Below are positions 20,963 to 31,560 of a stretch of DNA of 64,000 bases, in pieces. The DNA is from Tortispora ganteri (taxonomy: Eukaryota), in assembly GCA_003707115.1 (NCBI GenBank), contig PPNB01000011.1:186001-250000 (forward strand), given 5' to 3'. Every line of letters starts with the position of its first letter. Position 1 is the first letter of the stretch. The notes under the pieces were generated by a model, which was not told where the DNA came from, did no database searches, and saw only the letters and a program-made list of their open reading frames with translations. The position numbers were made by a program, and so were the translations under genes.

Positions 20963-21581
20963 TTTTGCGAAAATCAAAGAACAAAAAAGTTAAGAAGGAA
21001 AAGTTAAAAATTCTCGATCCTGAGGTTTTTTTTTCCTGGGGTTTGATTAACTAAAATTAACAGAAAACTTTTGACTAGTGCCGTAAATTATTTCTTGGTT
21101 AAAAGAAATAAAGTAAAATAATCTGTAGAAGATGATTTTTTCGGGGTTTGATTGAATAGAGGTTTTTTGTTGGTATAAAACTAGATGAAGACGCGACTAG
21201 ACTAAAATGTGCAAATGAGCTTAAGTCGAAGCAGCGAGCTTAGTACTATAACGTGTGTTTTTTTTTCTGGTATATATATAATATCTGTAAATCAAAGACA
21301 AAGAAAAGAAAAACTAGTCTTTGCTTTATCGATATAACTTTAGATATTATCAAGAAAGAGGGGGGGGCGAGGTGTTAAAAGAAAAAACTTTGTGATTGAT
21401 GGTAGTAAAATAAAGAGTAGGCCGGAACGGTGGAAAAAAAGATAGAGATATAACTTAAAGTTATACGTTTCCATGACTACAAGTACTTAAATTTGGTACC
21501 ATAGTATAATGATTGTGCTAGTTTTAAATAATTATGACGCTTTAAATTATGTAAGATGATCATTCTATGAGATGTATGTTA

Positions 21582-24542
21582 TTAAGATAAATCAAAGCCT
21601 TTCGTCGATTGAATAGCGTACATGAGCCGTTCGCGTAGCAGTTCTTTGGACTGGTAATTTGGCAGCTTTAACAGGTTCACGCACGTAGATGCAGACGGTA
21701 GTCTGTAAATCTCATTACCGGCATGTCTAATAGAGAACTTAGGATTTAACTGCTTAAATCCTTGTAATGGAGGACGTGACGATGATGTCACAAATAGCAG
21801 AAACTTGGCTTTGTCTTCCTCTGACATTTCCTTTAGTACTTCCCAGAACGCTTTGATTGTTGGGCTAGATTCGTCGTAAACGCTGTATACTGTATTATTT
21901 TTCAAGTCTTCAATACTCACAGGTTTCATCGTTCCACAAACTAACTCTTGTAATTCAGCAGCATTAAACATAGATAGCCACGAAATTGGCAGCACCTTTC
22001 CAAGGCCAGACAAGAAAGCATTAGTCTGCGCTCGAAGCTCAGTATTTAGTTTGTAGTTACTGACCTGAAAAACATACCACGCAACATTCTTCTTAGTGAC
22101 AAACTGGTCTTCAGGTGCTGAAGATAATTTCACTTCATTTCCTTCTGCATTAACCACTGAATAAGGTATATGGAGCTCATCGATATCCCCTTCATAGTTC
22201 TTCAGATTCATCAAACTGCGGTAAAATTCCGGGTCCAGGTCAATCAAATCATCAGTGCTATTTTCAACGGCGTAATTCCTCCATTTACGCATAAAAAATT
22301 GTGCTAGTTGCACTTCGAGTAAAACCTGGGACCTCACAGCCTTTCCAATAAGCATTCCGCAAAAATGAAGCATTTTTAATTGTTCTGGTGATCTAGCTGT
22401 AGGGTTTGGATACAGAAAATGCGAGGAGCTCTCCACAAATAGTCCTAATTCAGGAGAGAACAGCTCTTTACATGCCAGAGTTATAAATTCCTTAGTCAGT
22501 CCACCACCATCAATACCCGCCTCTATACCATGGGCATTATGGAACTCGATTTTAGTATGCTTGCGGAAATCATTTCCAAGGAAGGTAATGGCATCTATTC
22601 CACTTCCAATAACATCGTCGCGATCTATCGGGATAGTAACACCTGTATTCATGCTAAATTCACTCCAGTGACTTTGTTGTCGCAACATATCCGATTCTTT
22701 TTCAATCACAGTGCTCAATAAATCAACTCTCCAATTGAACGGTAACATAAAGGGACATTCTTCAATAATGTGCAGCAGTGTCATCTGCTCCATTTCATTA
22801 TTGTTTTCATGACCAATGAAATGTTCCATTCGCTTATAATAATACTGGTATGAGTAACCATTCAGCATGTTTTGAGCTAACTCATCCATGTTGTTCGACC
22901 TTAAGGCAGCGGTGTCGACCCAAAATCCAGGCTTGGTAAACTGGTCTCGTGAATCTTTGATAAATAATACTTTCAACAACTTAAGTACAACTCCTTCCAA
23001 TGTTCCAGTAGAAAGCGGCAGATCGTTAGAGATATGTGTAGACCTAGGAATAACATGCTCCGAAAGGATTATATTGTATGCACAGTTCCTCATGCAAGTC
23101 GTTAGCTTGCGAATCAGATCCATAGGAACCATTTCACCAGAGTAAAATGTCTCATTCTCCTCCAGCTTAGCCCATAGCTGAAACAAAATCACTACAAATA
23201 GGAGAGCTATCATCTGACTGCCGCTAGCTGAATGTAAGTAATTCGAAAGAGAAGCGGAGTTCAGGTTCTCATCAAAGAACTCGTAGGTTGAAGACAAAAC
23301 CGCTTTTAACATAACAGCCAACAAATCTGTTTCATGTGACAAGCAAAACAGCATAAATGAGGTGACAGAAGAGGTGGAATTGAGGATGTAAAGGGCGCCT
23401 AGCATAACTGATAACTGCGTAGTGAAAAGCGGCGAGCTAGAACGATGAGAAATAGCGTTGTGCAAAAATTCTTTGTTGTATAGATATAACAGTTGTTCAA
23501 GTATATGAACAGGTACTTCTTTTATTGAGACTCCTCTGATGCTAACCCCTGGTTCAGGAAGCGATGATATGACTTCGTCCTCGTAATCCGGGGAATGACC
23601 TACCAAATTGAACAAGAAAGAAGTAGGAGTGTCATTGTCTGAATATATATACACTATGCCTTTATAAGACACGCATAAGTAAATAATTTGTGATAATGCA
23701 GAGATGTTTTCCAGGCTCATAGGAGCTGTACGAAACCATGCTATTAGATTGGCGAGACAGACAAGACGATCAGCTGGAGTAGCAAGCGCTGCTGAGAATT
23801 CATCATAGGACTGTAATAGAACTGTCCATATTTGGCTTAGCGTAAACTTTTCTGTAAGGCCTGTAAGCAAAGATTTCTTTTCAGAAATCAGAAGATCCGG
23901 GGAGATGAGAAGCGATGCTAGAGATGTGATCTCGTTTAGTTCAATGTCTGCTACGAGAATAGAAACAACATATGGGAAATATGCTGGGCACCGCATGAGT
24001 GCGTCGTATGCTTCTTTCTTTAACTTTGAGAAGGATGGTAGAGTGGTTTGTGAGGACAGGCGCATCAAATGAGCCAGAATAGTAGAGGCGTCCGGGACGG
24101 GGTCAGAAGCATTAGCGGGTATCTCAGTCAATATGCTAGACAAATACGAGATAAGTAAGGAGACCAAAGAATCGGCTGTTTTTGCAGAAAATACTGATGT
24201 GTCGTTACAAGCGTCTATTCTTTCCAGAAGAGTGACGAGGTTTTCTGGAGAGTAAGAAGGCTTCGCATATGCGATTTGAAGGACCCGCAGGTACGGATCA
24301 GATGGGGCAGAAGAGGAAGAGAAGAGGCGCCACAGTGAAGAACGTGTGTAGTGAGAGCGCCAAAGCGCTTGTATACGTACAGCTGCCAGTTGACGCTTTC
24401 TAGTTAGGAGGCGATTTTCGCGCGATTGCGACGCCTGTTGGAGAATTGACTGTCTTGAACCGCCAGAGCGGGCTCCAGAGCCACCAAGGTTAACTTGCCG
24501 GCGGGACTGAGGGCCTGAAAAGTTAGAGAACAACATAGACAT
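21582..24542 (-). CDS. HUL5: HECT E3 ubiquitin ligase, Hul5/UBE3C type
   Basis: N-terminal IQ motif (AAVRIQALWRS), EAGIDGGGLTKEF, RLPSASTCVNLLKLPNY with the catalytic Cys, terminal GFDLS. Confidence 0.9.
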   Translation of the reverse strand: MSMLFSNFSGPQSRRQVNLGGSGARSGGSRQSILQQASQSRENRLLTRKRQLAAVRIQALWRSHYTRSSLWRLFSSSSAPSDPYLRVLQIAYAKPSYSPENLVTLLERIDACNDTSVFSAKTADSLVSLLISYLSSILTEIPANASDPVPDASTILAHLMRLSSQTTLPSFSKLKKEAYDALMRCPAYFPYVVSILVADIELNEITSLASLLISPDLLISEKKSLLTGLTEKFTLSQIWTVLLQSYDEFSAALATPADRLVCLANLIAWFRTAPMSLENISALSQIIYLCVSYKGIVYIYSDNDTPTSFLFNLVGHSPDYEDEVISSLPEPGVSIRGVSIKEVPVHILEQLLYLYNKEFLHNAISHRSSSPLFTTQLSVMLGALYILNSTSSVTSFMLFCLSHETDLLAVMLKAVLSSTYEFFDENLNSASLSNYLHSASGSQMIALLFVVILFQLWAKLEENETFYSGEMVPMDLIRKLTTCMRNCAYNIILSEHVIPRSTHISNDLPLSTGTLEGVVLKLLKVLFIKDSRDQFTKPGFWVDTAALRSNNMDELAQNMLNGYSYQYYYKRMEHFIGHENNNEMEQMTLLHIIEECPFMLPFNWRVDLLSTVIEKESDMLRQQSHWSEFSMNTGVTIPIDRDDVIGSGIDAITFLGNDFRKHTKIEFHNAHGIEAGIDGGGLTKEFITLACKELFSPELGLFVESSSHFLYPNPTARSPEQLKMLHFCGMLIGKAVRSQVLLEVQLAQFFMRKWRNYAVENSTDDLIDLDPEFYRSLMNLKNYEGDIDELHIPYSVVNAEGNEVKLSSAPEDQFVTKKNVAWYVFQVSNYKLNTELRAQTNAFLSGLGKVLPISWLSMFNAAELQELVCGTMKPVSIEDLKNNTVYSVYDESSPTIKAFWEVLKEMSEEDKAKFLLFVTSSSRPPLQGFKQLNPKFSIRHAGNEIYRLPSASTCVNLLKLPNYQSKELLRERLMYAIQSTKGFDLS

Positions 24543-24767
24543 TATGTAGTTTTTATAAATAACATGCTAGGGTAACAAAAAGACGAGTAGCTACAAATAT
24601 AAGATATATAGAAGCAGATCTATTAGAAGGCGAACTCTGTATAGGGAAGGTGCTAGAGTAGTGGAATAATGGCGATTCGCATAGCAACGGTTGCGCGGTA
24701 GTGACTTCAAATAGGCGCAGGCATTTTCCACCTTTTGATCTTTTATTATACCAAAAAGAGATCAGAA

Positions 24768-25778
24768 ATGTTACGGCTTGTTAGTCGTAGAACATTTTTG
24801 CAGGCGCCTATGGCGTCACGTTGTGCTTTTCCAGTTATTAGCAGACAAAATTTTCATAAGAACAGCGCGGTGCTGAAAGAGGAGGACGACATGCCAGATC
24901 TAAACACCGAGTCACGGGAGATTCGTCAGATTCTGGAAGGCGAAAAGCTCGAGAAGATGCCTTCACCGGAAGAGGTTACGGGAGTGCCTGTGCAGGAGAT
25001 TCTGAAGCGTGAGAAAGATATTGTCAAGCCCGATGTTATGAACGAAAAGGAGTCATCCGAGTTAAGTGCCAGCTTTAGCTCTAGGGGAATTGACCTGAGC
25101 GGAGTTTTTGGTGAATTATCTACACGGAAAGTCGTCCCGGAAGGTCGACAGCCTACAAGCGAAGAAATATACGCATTGGGACGCAAAATCGAGCAGATCC
25201 GAACACAGGGCGGACTGGACTGGGCGGACGATGATATCAAGTCGTCTACGCTGAAGGAGTACATTGAGAAAAAACGATATGAGCGGGGACTGTTGCTGAC
25301 AGAAGAACAGAAGGCGGAAGCGGAGCGAGCACGCGAACTGAAGGCGCTTAACCCGCCTGTAAAGAGCGATCCTATTCTTGCGCAGTGCGTGAACCTATTG
25401 ATGAAGGACGGTAAGAAGGCGCAGGCGGAGAGAATCCTGGCACGCACGTTGTACCTGCTACATCTGAAGTCGCGAAAGGATCCTTTGCACGTGCTGAAGG
25501 AGGCACTTGACTTGTTGGCTCCTCTCACAAAGGTGCGTAAGAAACGAGTCACGGGCGCTAAGTCTGTAGACATGCCAGTTCCCTTAAATGAGAGGCAACG
25601 TATTCGGCAGGCATTTGTATGGATACGCGATGCGAGCGCCGGATTTCCATCAAGAGATATCGCAGTGAGACTATCGGAGGAAATCTGGAACACATATAAT
25701 GGTACTTCTTCGTCATTCGCAAAACGCGAAGCCATCTACAAATCTGCCATATCCGGTCGGTTCAATCTCGCAGCATAA
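24768..25778 (+). CDS. RSM7: Mitochondrial ribosomal protein uS7m
   Basis: Presequence MLRLVSRR; NLLMKDGKKAQAE and PVPLNERQRIRQAFVWI S7 motifs. Confidence 0.93.
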   Translation: MLRLVSRRTFLQAPMASRCAFPVISRQNFHKNSAVLKEEDDMPDLNTESREIRQILEGEKLEKMPSPEEVTGVPVQEILKREKDIVKPDVMNEKESSELSASFSSRGIDLSGVFGELSTRKVVPEGRQPTSEEIYALGRKIEQIRTQGGLDWADDDIKSSTLKEYIEKKRYERGLLLTEEQKAEAERARELKALNPPVKSDPILAQCVNLLMKDGKKAQAERILARTLYLLHLKSRKDPLHVLKEALDLLAPLTKVRKKRVTGAKSVDMPVPLNERQRIRQAFVWIRDASAGFPSRDIAVRLSEEIWNTYNGTSSSFAKREAIYKSAISGRFNLAA

Positions 25779-25895
25779 TGTAATGATAAATTATACGCAC
25801 TTAGTAAACTCTAATTCTGTTTTGACCTTTTATTGATCGGATAAAGCAATTATGTATACTAAATCTGATCTGAAACAACAAATTATTAACCAGAA

Positions 25896-27278
25896 ATGTC
25901 CGAGGATCAAACTAAAGAGAAATATCAAATTGACTTGCATGCAATGTGCCCTGAGTTCAAGGAACTTACGCCACTGAAGCCTGGGTTCGCGCTCAGAGCC
26001 AAAACGACCGTGTTTCAGATTACCTCCACAATATTTTCTACTGCGATTGTTCTCTCGGTAATGTTGAGTGCCCTTCTTTCTGCTATTTTCAGCCATATTT
26101 TTTTACGTAAAAACCGTCCATTTATTGAACAGGAGAAAGCTGCTAAAGTGACGCGGTCGCGAGGTATCAAGAAAGCTGTACATGATCTCGCGTACTATGC
26201 AGATCTCCAGGGTATGATCCTCGATACCCGTGAAATCCTTACAGATGATGGTTTTTACCTGCAAATGCACCGCATTTTACCTAAAGAAGGCGCCGACGAG
26301 TTCGAGTCGCGACCGCCTGTTTTGCTCCTCCACGGCCTTATGGCCAGCTGTGCGACTTATTGCTCTAACGAAGACAAGTCTCTTGCTTTCTACCTCGTTC
26401 GCAATGGCTTTGATGTTTGGATAGCCGACAATCGTTGCGGTGATTTTAGAAAACACACTACGTATACGAAACACGACCCGAGAATGTGGACATGGGACGT
26501 ACGCCACATGGCTCTGTACGACCTTCCGGCATTTATAGACACAATACTCACTCAATCCGGCACAAAATTTACTAAACTTGGTCTGGTAGCTCACTCTCAA
26601 GGCGTTGCTCAAATATTCATGTCTTTCTCGCGGTACTTGTGTCCTGAGCTTAACGACCGCGTCTACGCTGTATGCGGCCTTGGCCCTGCTGTTTTTACGG
26701 GCCCTGTTCTACGCTCGTTTTTCTTCAGTCTGTTTCATTGGCCTACATCTGTATTTCATTTTTTGTTTGGAAATACTGCTGTGTTTCCACACCTCATAAA
26801 AATCCGCAAATTCGTCCCGGGCAGTCTCTACAGCTCCTCCGCCTACCTATTTTTCATGTTCATCTTCGACAATGACGACTCTCTCTGGGATAGGGCTCTC
26901 ATAGGCAGACAGTTTATATTCATGCCCATATACCTCTCGTCTAACTGCCTACGCTGGTGGGTTGGCAGAAACTCTGTCAATGACCGCGGCTGTATCCTCC
27001 ACCCGCACGATCCTAGCGATCCTGCCTCTAAGCCCTGGTTCGACCGCAAAACAGCACCAATAGCATTATGGATAGGTGGAAAGGATTCACTTGTCGACGG
27101 TAATAGGCTTGTTTCCTACTTGCAGGAAAATGAGCCTTTGGCGCAGTTGCACAGCGCAAACATTATCCCTGATTATGCACATTTGGATACTCTATGGGCC
27201 CTGGATAGTGTCGAGACAGTCGCCTCTGGCGTACGCGATCATCTACTGCGTCACGCGTTTTTGTCTAAAGACGAATAG
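25896..27278 (+). CDS. Steryl-ester hydrolase / AB-hydrolase lipase, Yeh1/Yeh2/Tgl1 family
   Basis: N-terminal TM, TDDGFYLQMHRI, PPVLLLHGL, GFDVWIADNR, nucleophile motif AHSQG and YAHLDTLWA. Confidence 0.88.
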   Translation: MSEDQTKEKYQIDLHAMCPEFKELTPLKPGFALRAKTTVFQITSTIFSTAIVLSVMLSALLSAIFSHIFLRKNRPFIEQEKAAKVTRSRGIKKAVHDLAYYADLQGMILDTREILTDDGFYLQMHRILPKEGADEFESRPPVLLLHGLMASCATYCSNEDKSLAFYLVRNGFDVWIADNRCGDFRKHTTYTKHDPRMWTWDVRHMALYDLPAFIDTILTQSGTKFTKLGLVAHSQGVAQIFMSFSRYLCPELNDRVYAVCGLGPAVFTGPVLRSFFFSLFHWPTSVFHFLFGNTAVFPHLIKIRKFVPGSLYSSSAYLFFMFIFDNDDSLWDRALIGRQFIFMPIYLSSNCLRWWVGRNSVNDRGCILHPHDPSDPASKPWFDRKTAPIALWIGGKDSLVDGNRLVSYLQENEPLAQLHSANIIPDYAHLDTLWALDSVETVASGVRDHLLRHAFLSKDE

Positions 27279-27791
27279 TTTTATGACACATTTTTAATTT
27301 TTTTGCTTTTCTTCTTTTGCCTCTCTTTTTTTCCAACTATGCTTGCATTTTTAATTTACGATACATTATCAACTCTCTACAAAACTTCTTGGAACTCCAT
27401 ATACCTCAAAGTTAACCAATCAGCATAATTATGTCCCTTGCTGTTAAACTGCATTTATGCGCCTGTCACTGTGCTGCTGCATATATGCATTGACTCCCCT
27501 TGGCACCCTCGTTGATTATGTGCTTAACAGAATGACAAGTTGATCCGGGTAATATACAATAATTTTAGGCACTTAAAGTGACCCTCAGGGGCCCTCTACT
27601 GGTGAATAAGTGCCTATATTTGTCTTTGTGCACCTGTAGGGTTCATTTTGATGGTCCACATGAACTTCTTGCATGCACTTCGCGAGTATTAATCAAGGGT
27701 TCTCATGGGCTGCGCTGCCTTATGTCCCTACAAACCGAAAGGTTTATAAGAGTATTGTATTCCAGTCTCATTCTCTAGTACACTGTTCAAA

Positions 27792-28925
27792 ATGGTTTCT
27801 CCTATTATTCTCCTCGGATTCTTCCAAGCAGTTCTTGCTTCCAAGCACCACCAAAAATCCTCGACTCCTACTTGCGACGCATGTGTTGCTGCTACCAGTA
27901 CCGTCACTTATGTTGATGACGATATTTTGAGCACTAACGAAAAGTCTATTGTCGAACAGGCTCTTGCTGGTAACCCTCCTGCCGGTGTTATCGTAGTTGA
28001 TGACAGCAATGATAACTCTCGTTACTGCTTTGTCCAATCCAGCTACACCACCTCCAAACCTTACATTATCTATCCTCCTAACATGCAGTGCTCTAGTACT
28101 TCTACTCATACATTTGACATTTACCGCGACGGCCATGCTGTTGTTGCTACCTCCTGTGTTGCTGTCACAAAGACCTATGAACACAAGTCTACTCCTACCG
28201 ATGAGGACTGTGATGAAGAAGAGGACGACCACAGCGAATGGAGCGGAAAATGGTACGAGTTCTACTCCAGCAGCGACACTGACAGCTACCAACATGATTA
28301 TGAAGAGGACTGTGATGAGGATGGACAAACTGTTATCATCTCCAATGGTCGCACTGTCATCCAACAATCTACCTTGGTCTGCTTCGATGCTAAGGACTAC
28401 GACGTTGTTATTCTTCGCCCTGATGTCAACGAAGACGCGGCCACTGACCCTGCTGTTACTGCAGGATATGGTCTTGCCAATGACGACACCTCCGCTTATG
28501 CTCAGGCTATCCTTACCCAGTTCAACGACCTGAGAACCGCTCATGGTGGCGGTGACGCTCTTGTCTGGAATACCACCCTTGCTGAACAGGCTCTTACTTA
28601 CGCTAGGTCTTGCGACTGCAAGTCCCGTACTACCAGTTCTATTGGCTACCTTGCTGCCCAAGGTGCTGGTATTCTCAGCGCTATTGGACAGTGGCTCCGT
28701 CCTGCTATGAACTCCAATGGCGACATCGGAACTGAGCCCATGACTGATCCTACTCCTACCAATCTTCCCTTTTACGGTTATCTCAGCCAGATTGTCTGGA
28801 AGGCTACTACTGATGTCGGTTGCGCTACTTACCAGTGCTCTGAAGGATTCTATACCACTGTCTGTCTCTTCTCGCCTGTCGGCAATGTTGCCGGCGAGTT
28901 TGGCGCTAACTTCACTCCAGCATAA
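27792..28925 (+). CDS. Secreted CAP/SCP (Pry1-like) protein with a Cys-containing acidic N-terminal extension
   Basis: Signal peptide. C-terminal NDLRTAHG, LVWNTTLAEQA, QIVWKATTDVGCA and VCLFSPVGNV match the CAP fold. Confidence 0.85.
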   Translation: MVSPIILLGFFQAVLASKHHQKSSTPTCDACVAATSTVTYVDDDILSTNEKSIVEQALAGNPPAGVIVVDDSNDNSRYCFVQSSYTTSKPYIIYPPNMQCSSTSTHTFDIYRDGHAVVATSCVAVTKTYEHKSTPTDEDCDEEEDDHSEWSGKWYEFYSSSDTDSYQHDYEEDCDEDGQTVIISNGRTVIQQSTLVCFDAKDYDVVILRPDVNEDAATDPAVTAGYGLANDDTSAYAQAILTQFNDLRTAHGGGDALVWNTTLAEQALTYARSCDCKSRTTSSIGYLAAQGAGILSAIGQWLRPAMNSNGDIGTEPMTDPTPTNLPFYGYLSQIVWKATTDVGCATYQCSEGFYTTVCLFSPVGNVAGEFGANFTPA

Positions 28926-29119
28926 ACAATTAAAGGTTTATTGTCGCTATCTTGTCTATATTTAGTATATATAACAGTGACAGTATCATTGCTGGAGTGT
29001 TAACTTTTGCTTTCTCTTTTGTCTTATCAATTTATGTAATATAATATTGTTCCAGCGTGTTATTAGTAGAAATTTTAAAAAGTAAGGGGGAAAATAATAC
29101 GTTTTGTTTTTCACTCCGT

Positions 29120-31075
29120 TTAATGACTATCTCTAGGAATGAACCTTTCGGCAATATTTCGGTAACGAGCCACAGATTTCGGAGCCATTCCTGCGTCCAA
29201 TTGCTCCACAGTATCACGGTATATCTCCTGCCACGGCGTTTGACTTTCTGGAATCTTGTAGCCGCCATTCTTCATAAGTTCCTGTTTTCTCTTTTCGATC
29301 TCTTCTTTAGGTAGCAGAATATCCGCTGCGCGTTTGTTTAAATCGATCCTTAGACGGTCACCATTCTTTAAAATAGCCAATCCTTGCGATAAAGCGGCTT
29401 CAGGCGACGCATTAAGAATTGAAGGTGAACCACTCGTGCCTGACTGTCGGCCGTCACCAATACACGGCAGACTTGTTACATTCTGTTTCAATAAACGCGC
29501 AGGAGGTTGCATGTTGACTACCTCGGCGGCGCCAGGGTATCCAATGGGTCCAGCGCCGCGGATCAGCAAAATAGTGTGCTCGTCAATCTCCGGCAGGTTA
29601 TCGATGTTAGCATGGTAGTCTTCAGGACCGTCAAACACAACAACAGGTCCTTCAAATGCATTCGGATCATCAGGATTGCTCAAATATCTCTTTCTGAACT
29701 CTTCAGAGATCACACATGTCTTCATTATAGCAGAATCAAAGAGCGTGCCCTTAAGGTTCAAGAATCCAGCAGAAGCGACCATTGGCTCCTTGAACGACTT
29801 AATTACTCGACGGTCAGTAGAGAACTTTCCAGAGCAATTCTCGCCCATAGTTTTGCCGTTGACAGTCATAGCATTGGCGTGACCAATACCATTTGCAAGA
29901 AGTTCGGCCATAATCGCAGGAAGACCACCAGCGCGATAATATTCTTCACAGAGGTATTCACCAGCAGGTTGTATATTCAGCAGAAGAGGTACATGGTACC
30001 CGACACGTTCCCAGTCGTCGTTATTCAACGGTACACCGATGCACTTAGCAATAGCGTTCACGTGAATAGGCGCGTTTGTACTTCCGCCAATAGCAGTGTT
30101 GGCGACAATAGCGTTCTCGAAAGCCTCACGGACCAGAATGTCTGAAGGACGGATGTTCTGCTCGGTCAACTCTACAATACGAAGACCGGTCAGATACGCA
30201 CATTCACCGCGGTCACGGTACGGTGCAGGAATTGTAGCAGATCCGGGAAGAGCCATTCCAAGTGCTTCAGCCATGGCATTCATTGTAGACGCCGTGCCCA
30301 TGGTGTTGCAATGACCAACACTCGGAGCGCTACCTTCAGCAATCTCTGAGAACTGCTCTGTTGTAATTGCTCCTGTGGCATGGAGCTCCCTAGCCTTCCA
30401 AATCGCCGTTCCACTGCCTGCAAGCTCACCATTGTAGTAGCCGTTCAACATAGGGCCGACGTTCATAACGATCGCTGGTATGTTAAGCGTTGAGGCCGCC
30501 ATAAGACAGGCTGGTGTGGTTTTATCGCAGCCGGTGAGTAAAACAACGCCATCTATTGGGTAGCCAAAAAGAAGCTCAACTAATCCGAGATAAGCTAAAT
30601 TGCGATCCAGTGCAGGGCCAGGTCTTTTACCTGTTTCCTGGATCGGATGAACAGGGAACTCCAAGCACACGCCGCCGGCGGTACGAATACCTTCACGAAC
30701 ACGTTTTGCAAGTTCAAGATGGTGTCTGTTACATGGACTCAAGTCTGAGCCAGTTTGTGCAATACCAATAATCGGTTTTCCGCTTTTGAGTTCTTCTCTC
30801 GTAAGACCAAAGTTGAGATAACGCTCAATATGAAGAGCGGTAGCGCTAGGATCTTCCTTATTATCGAACCAAATCTTGCTGCGGTATTTCCTGTGAACTT
30901 TACCGTTCGCTAAACCGTTTGCTCCTGCCTTCTGCAAATCGCGTAAAAGTTTCTCAGCGCTAGCAGCTCTTTTCTCTGCCTCTTCTAACCGTACTTTAAG
31001 CTCTTCAGGTGAAAGCTGTGCAATTTCTTTTGCTTCTTGCTCTGCCTTTCCGCAGTTACAACCTTCGCATGCCAT
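29120..31075 (-). CDS. IlvD/Edd-family [2Fe-2S] dehydratase, XylD (D-xylonate dehydratase)-like
   Basis: [79 protein letters not shown] and terminal PRDSH. Confidence 0.9.
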   Translation of the reverse strand: MACEGCNCGKAEQEAKEIAQLSPEELKVRLEEAEKRAASAEKLLRDLQKAGANGLANGKVHRKYRSKIWFDNKEDPSATALHIERYLNFGLTREELKSGKPIIGIAQTGSDLSPCNRHHLELAKRVREGIRTAGGVCLEFPVHPIQETGKRPGPALDRNLAYLGLVELLFGYPIDGVVLLTGCDKTTPACLMAASTLNIPAIVMNVGPMLNGYYNGELAGSGTAIWKARELHATGAITTEQFSEIAEGSAPSVGHCNTMGTASTMNAMAEALGMALPGSATIPAPYRDRGECAYLTGLRIVELTEQNIRPSDILVREAFENAIVANTAIGGSTNAPIHVNAIAKCIGVPLNNDDWERVGYHVPLLLNIQPAGEYLCEEYYRAGGLPAIMAELLANGIGHANAMTVNGKTMGENCSGKFSTDRRVIKSFKEPMVASAGFLNLKGTLFDSAIMKTCVISEEFRKRYLSNPDDPNAFEGPVVVFDGPEDYHANIDNLPEIDEHTILLIRGAGPIGYPGAAEVVNMQPPARLLKQNVTSLPCIGDGRQSGTSGSPSILNASPEAALSQGLAILKNGDRLRIDLNKRAADILLPKEEIEKRKQELMKNGGYKIPESQTPWQEIYRDTVEQLDAGMAPKSVARYRNIAERFIPRDSH

Positions 31076-31194
31076 TTTCGTTTCACGTCAGATTTAGCAA
31101 ACCAAAACAACCTGTTAGCCGACTGTAGGTTCACTTGCAACACCGATAAGAGAACATCTCTTATATATAAGACTACCCGTAGAATGGTTATAAT

Positions 31195-31550
31195 GTGGGG
31201 TAACACCCTCGAAAAAAATAAATCTGGCCAATGGGAACAAATGAAATAAATAAACGTGGGGTAGTTACACCCATGTCCCAACCCCTCGCCATCTTAACCC
31301 CCCTCCCCACATTCCTCTTTTGGATAACAGGCCGAACTATATTATAACGCTTTTAGTAGAAAATATACCCTTGAAAAAAATACCAAGAATCATCTGCCGC
31401 ATATTAAAAGTGAGGGGTTTTGGTTTATTTGACGTATATCGAAGCTACGAGAATGGCGGAAATCGATAAGCGTAAGTTATTGTTTTATTTTTAAGTTTCT
31501 CTTTTGAGGAAACAAAATGGAGGGGGCCAAGCTTTGTTAAATAGCCCCAC
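31195..31550. promoter_or_regulatory. Four Mig1/CreA-type GTGGGG boxes in the dehydratase promoter, with TATA at 31161-31170
   Basis: GTGGGG at 31195 and 31256; CCCCAC at 31305 and 31545. Several have an adjacent AT-rich flank. Confidence 0.55.
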
Positions 31551-31560
31551 AATCCGACGA

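Noticed and set aside
24926..25735. 269-aa ORF antisense to RSM7
   Set aside because: Fully nested opposite a conserved gene; Ser/Arg-rich shadow translation.
27768..28661. 297-aa antisense ORF and 178-aa alternate-frame ORF (27997-28533) over the CAP gene
   Set aside because: Explained by biased codon usage; no domain signal.
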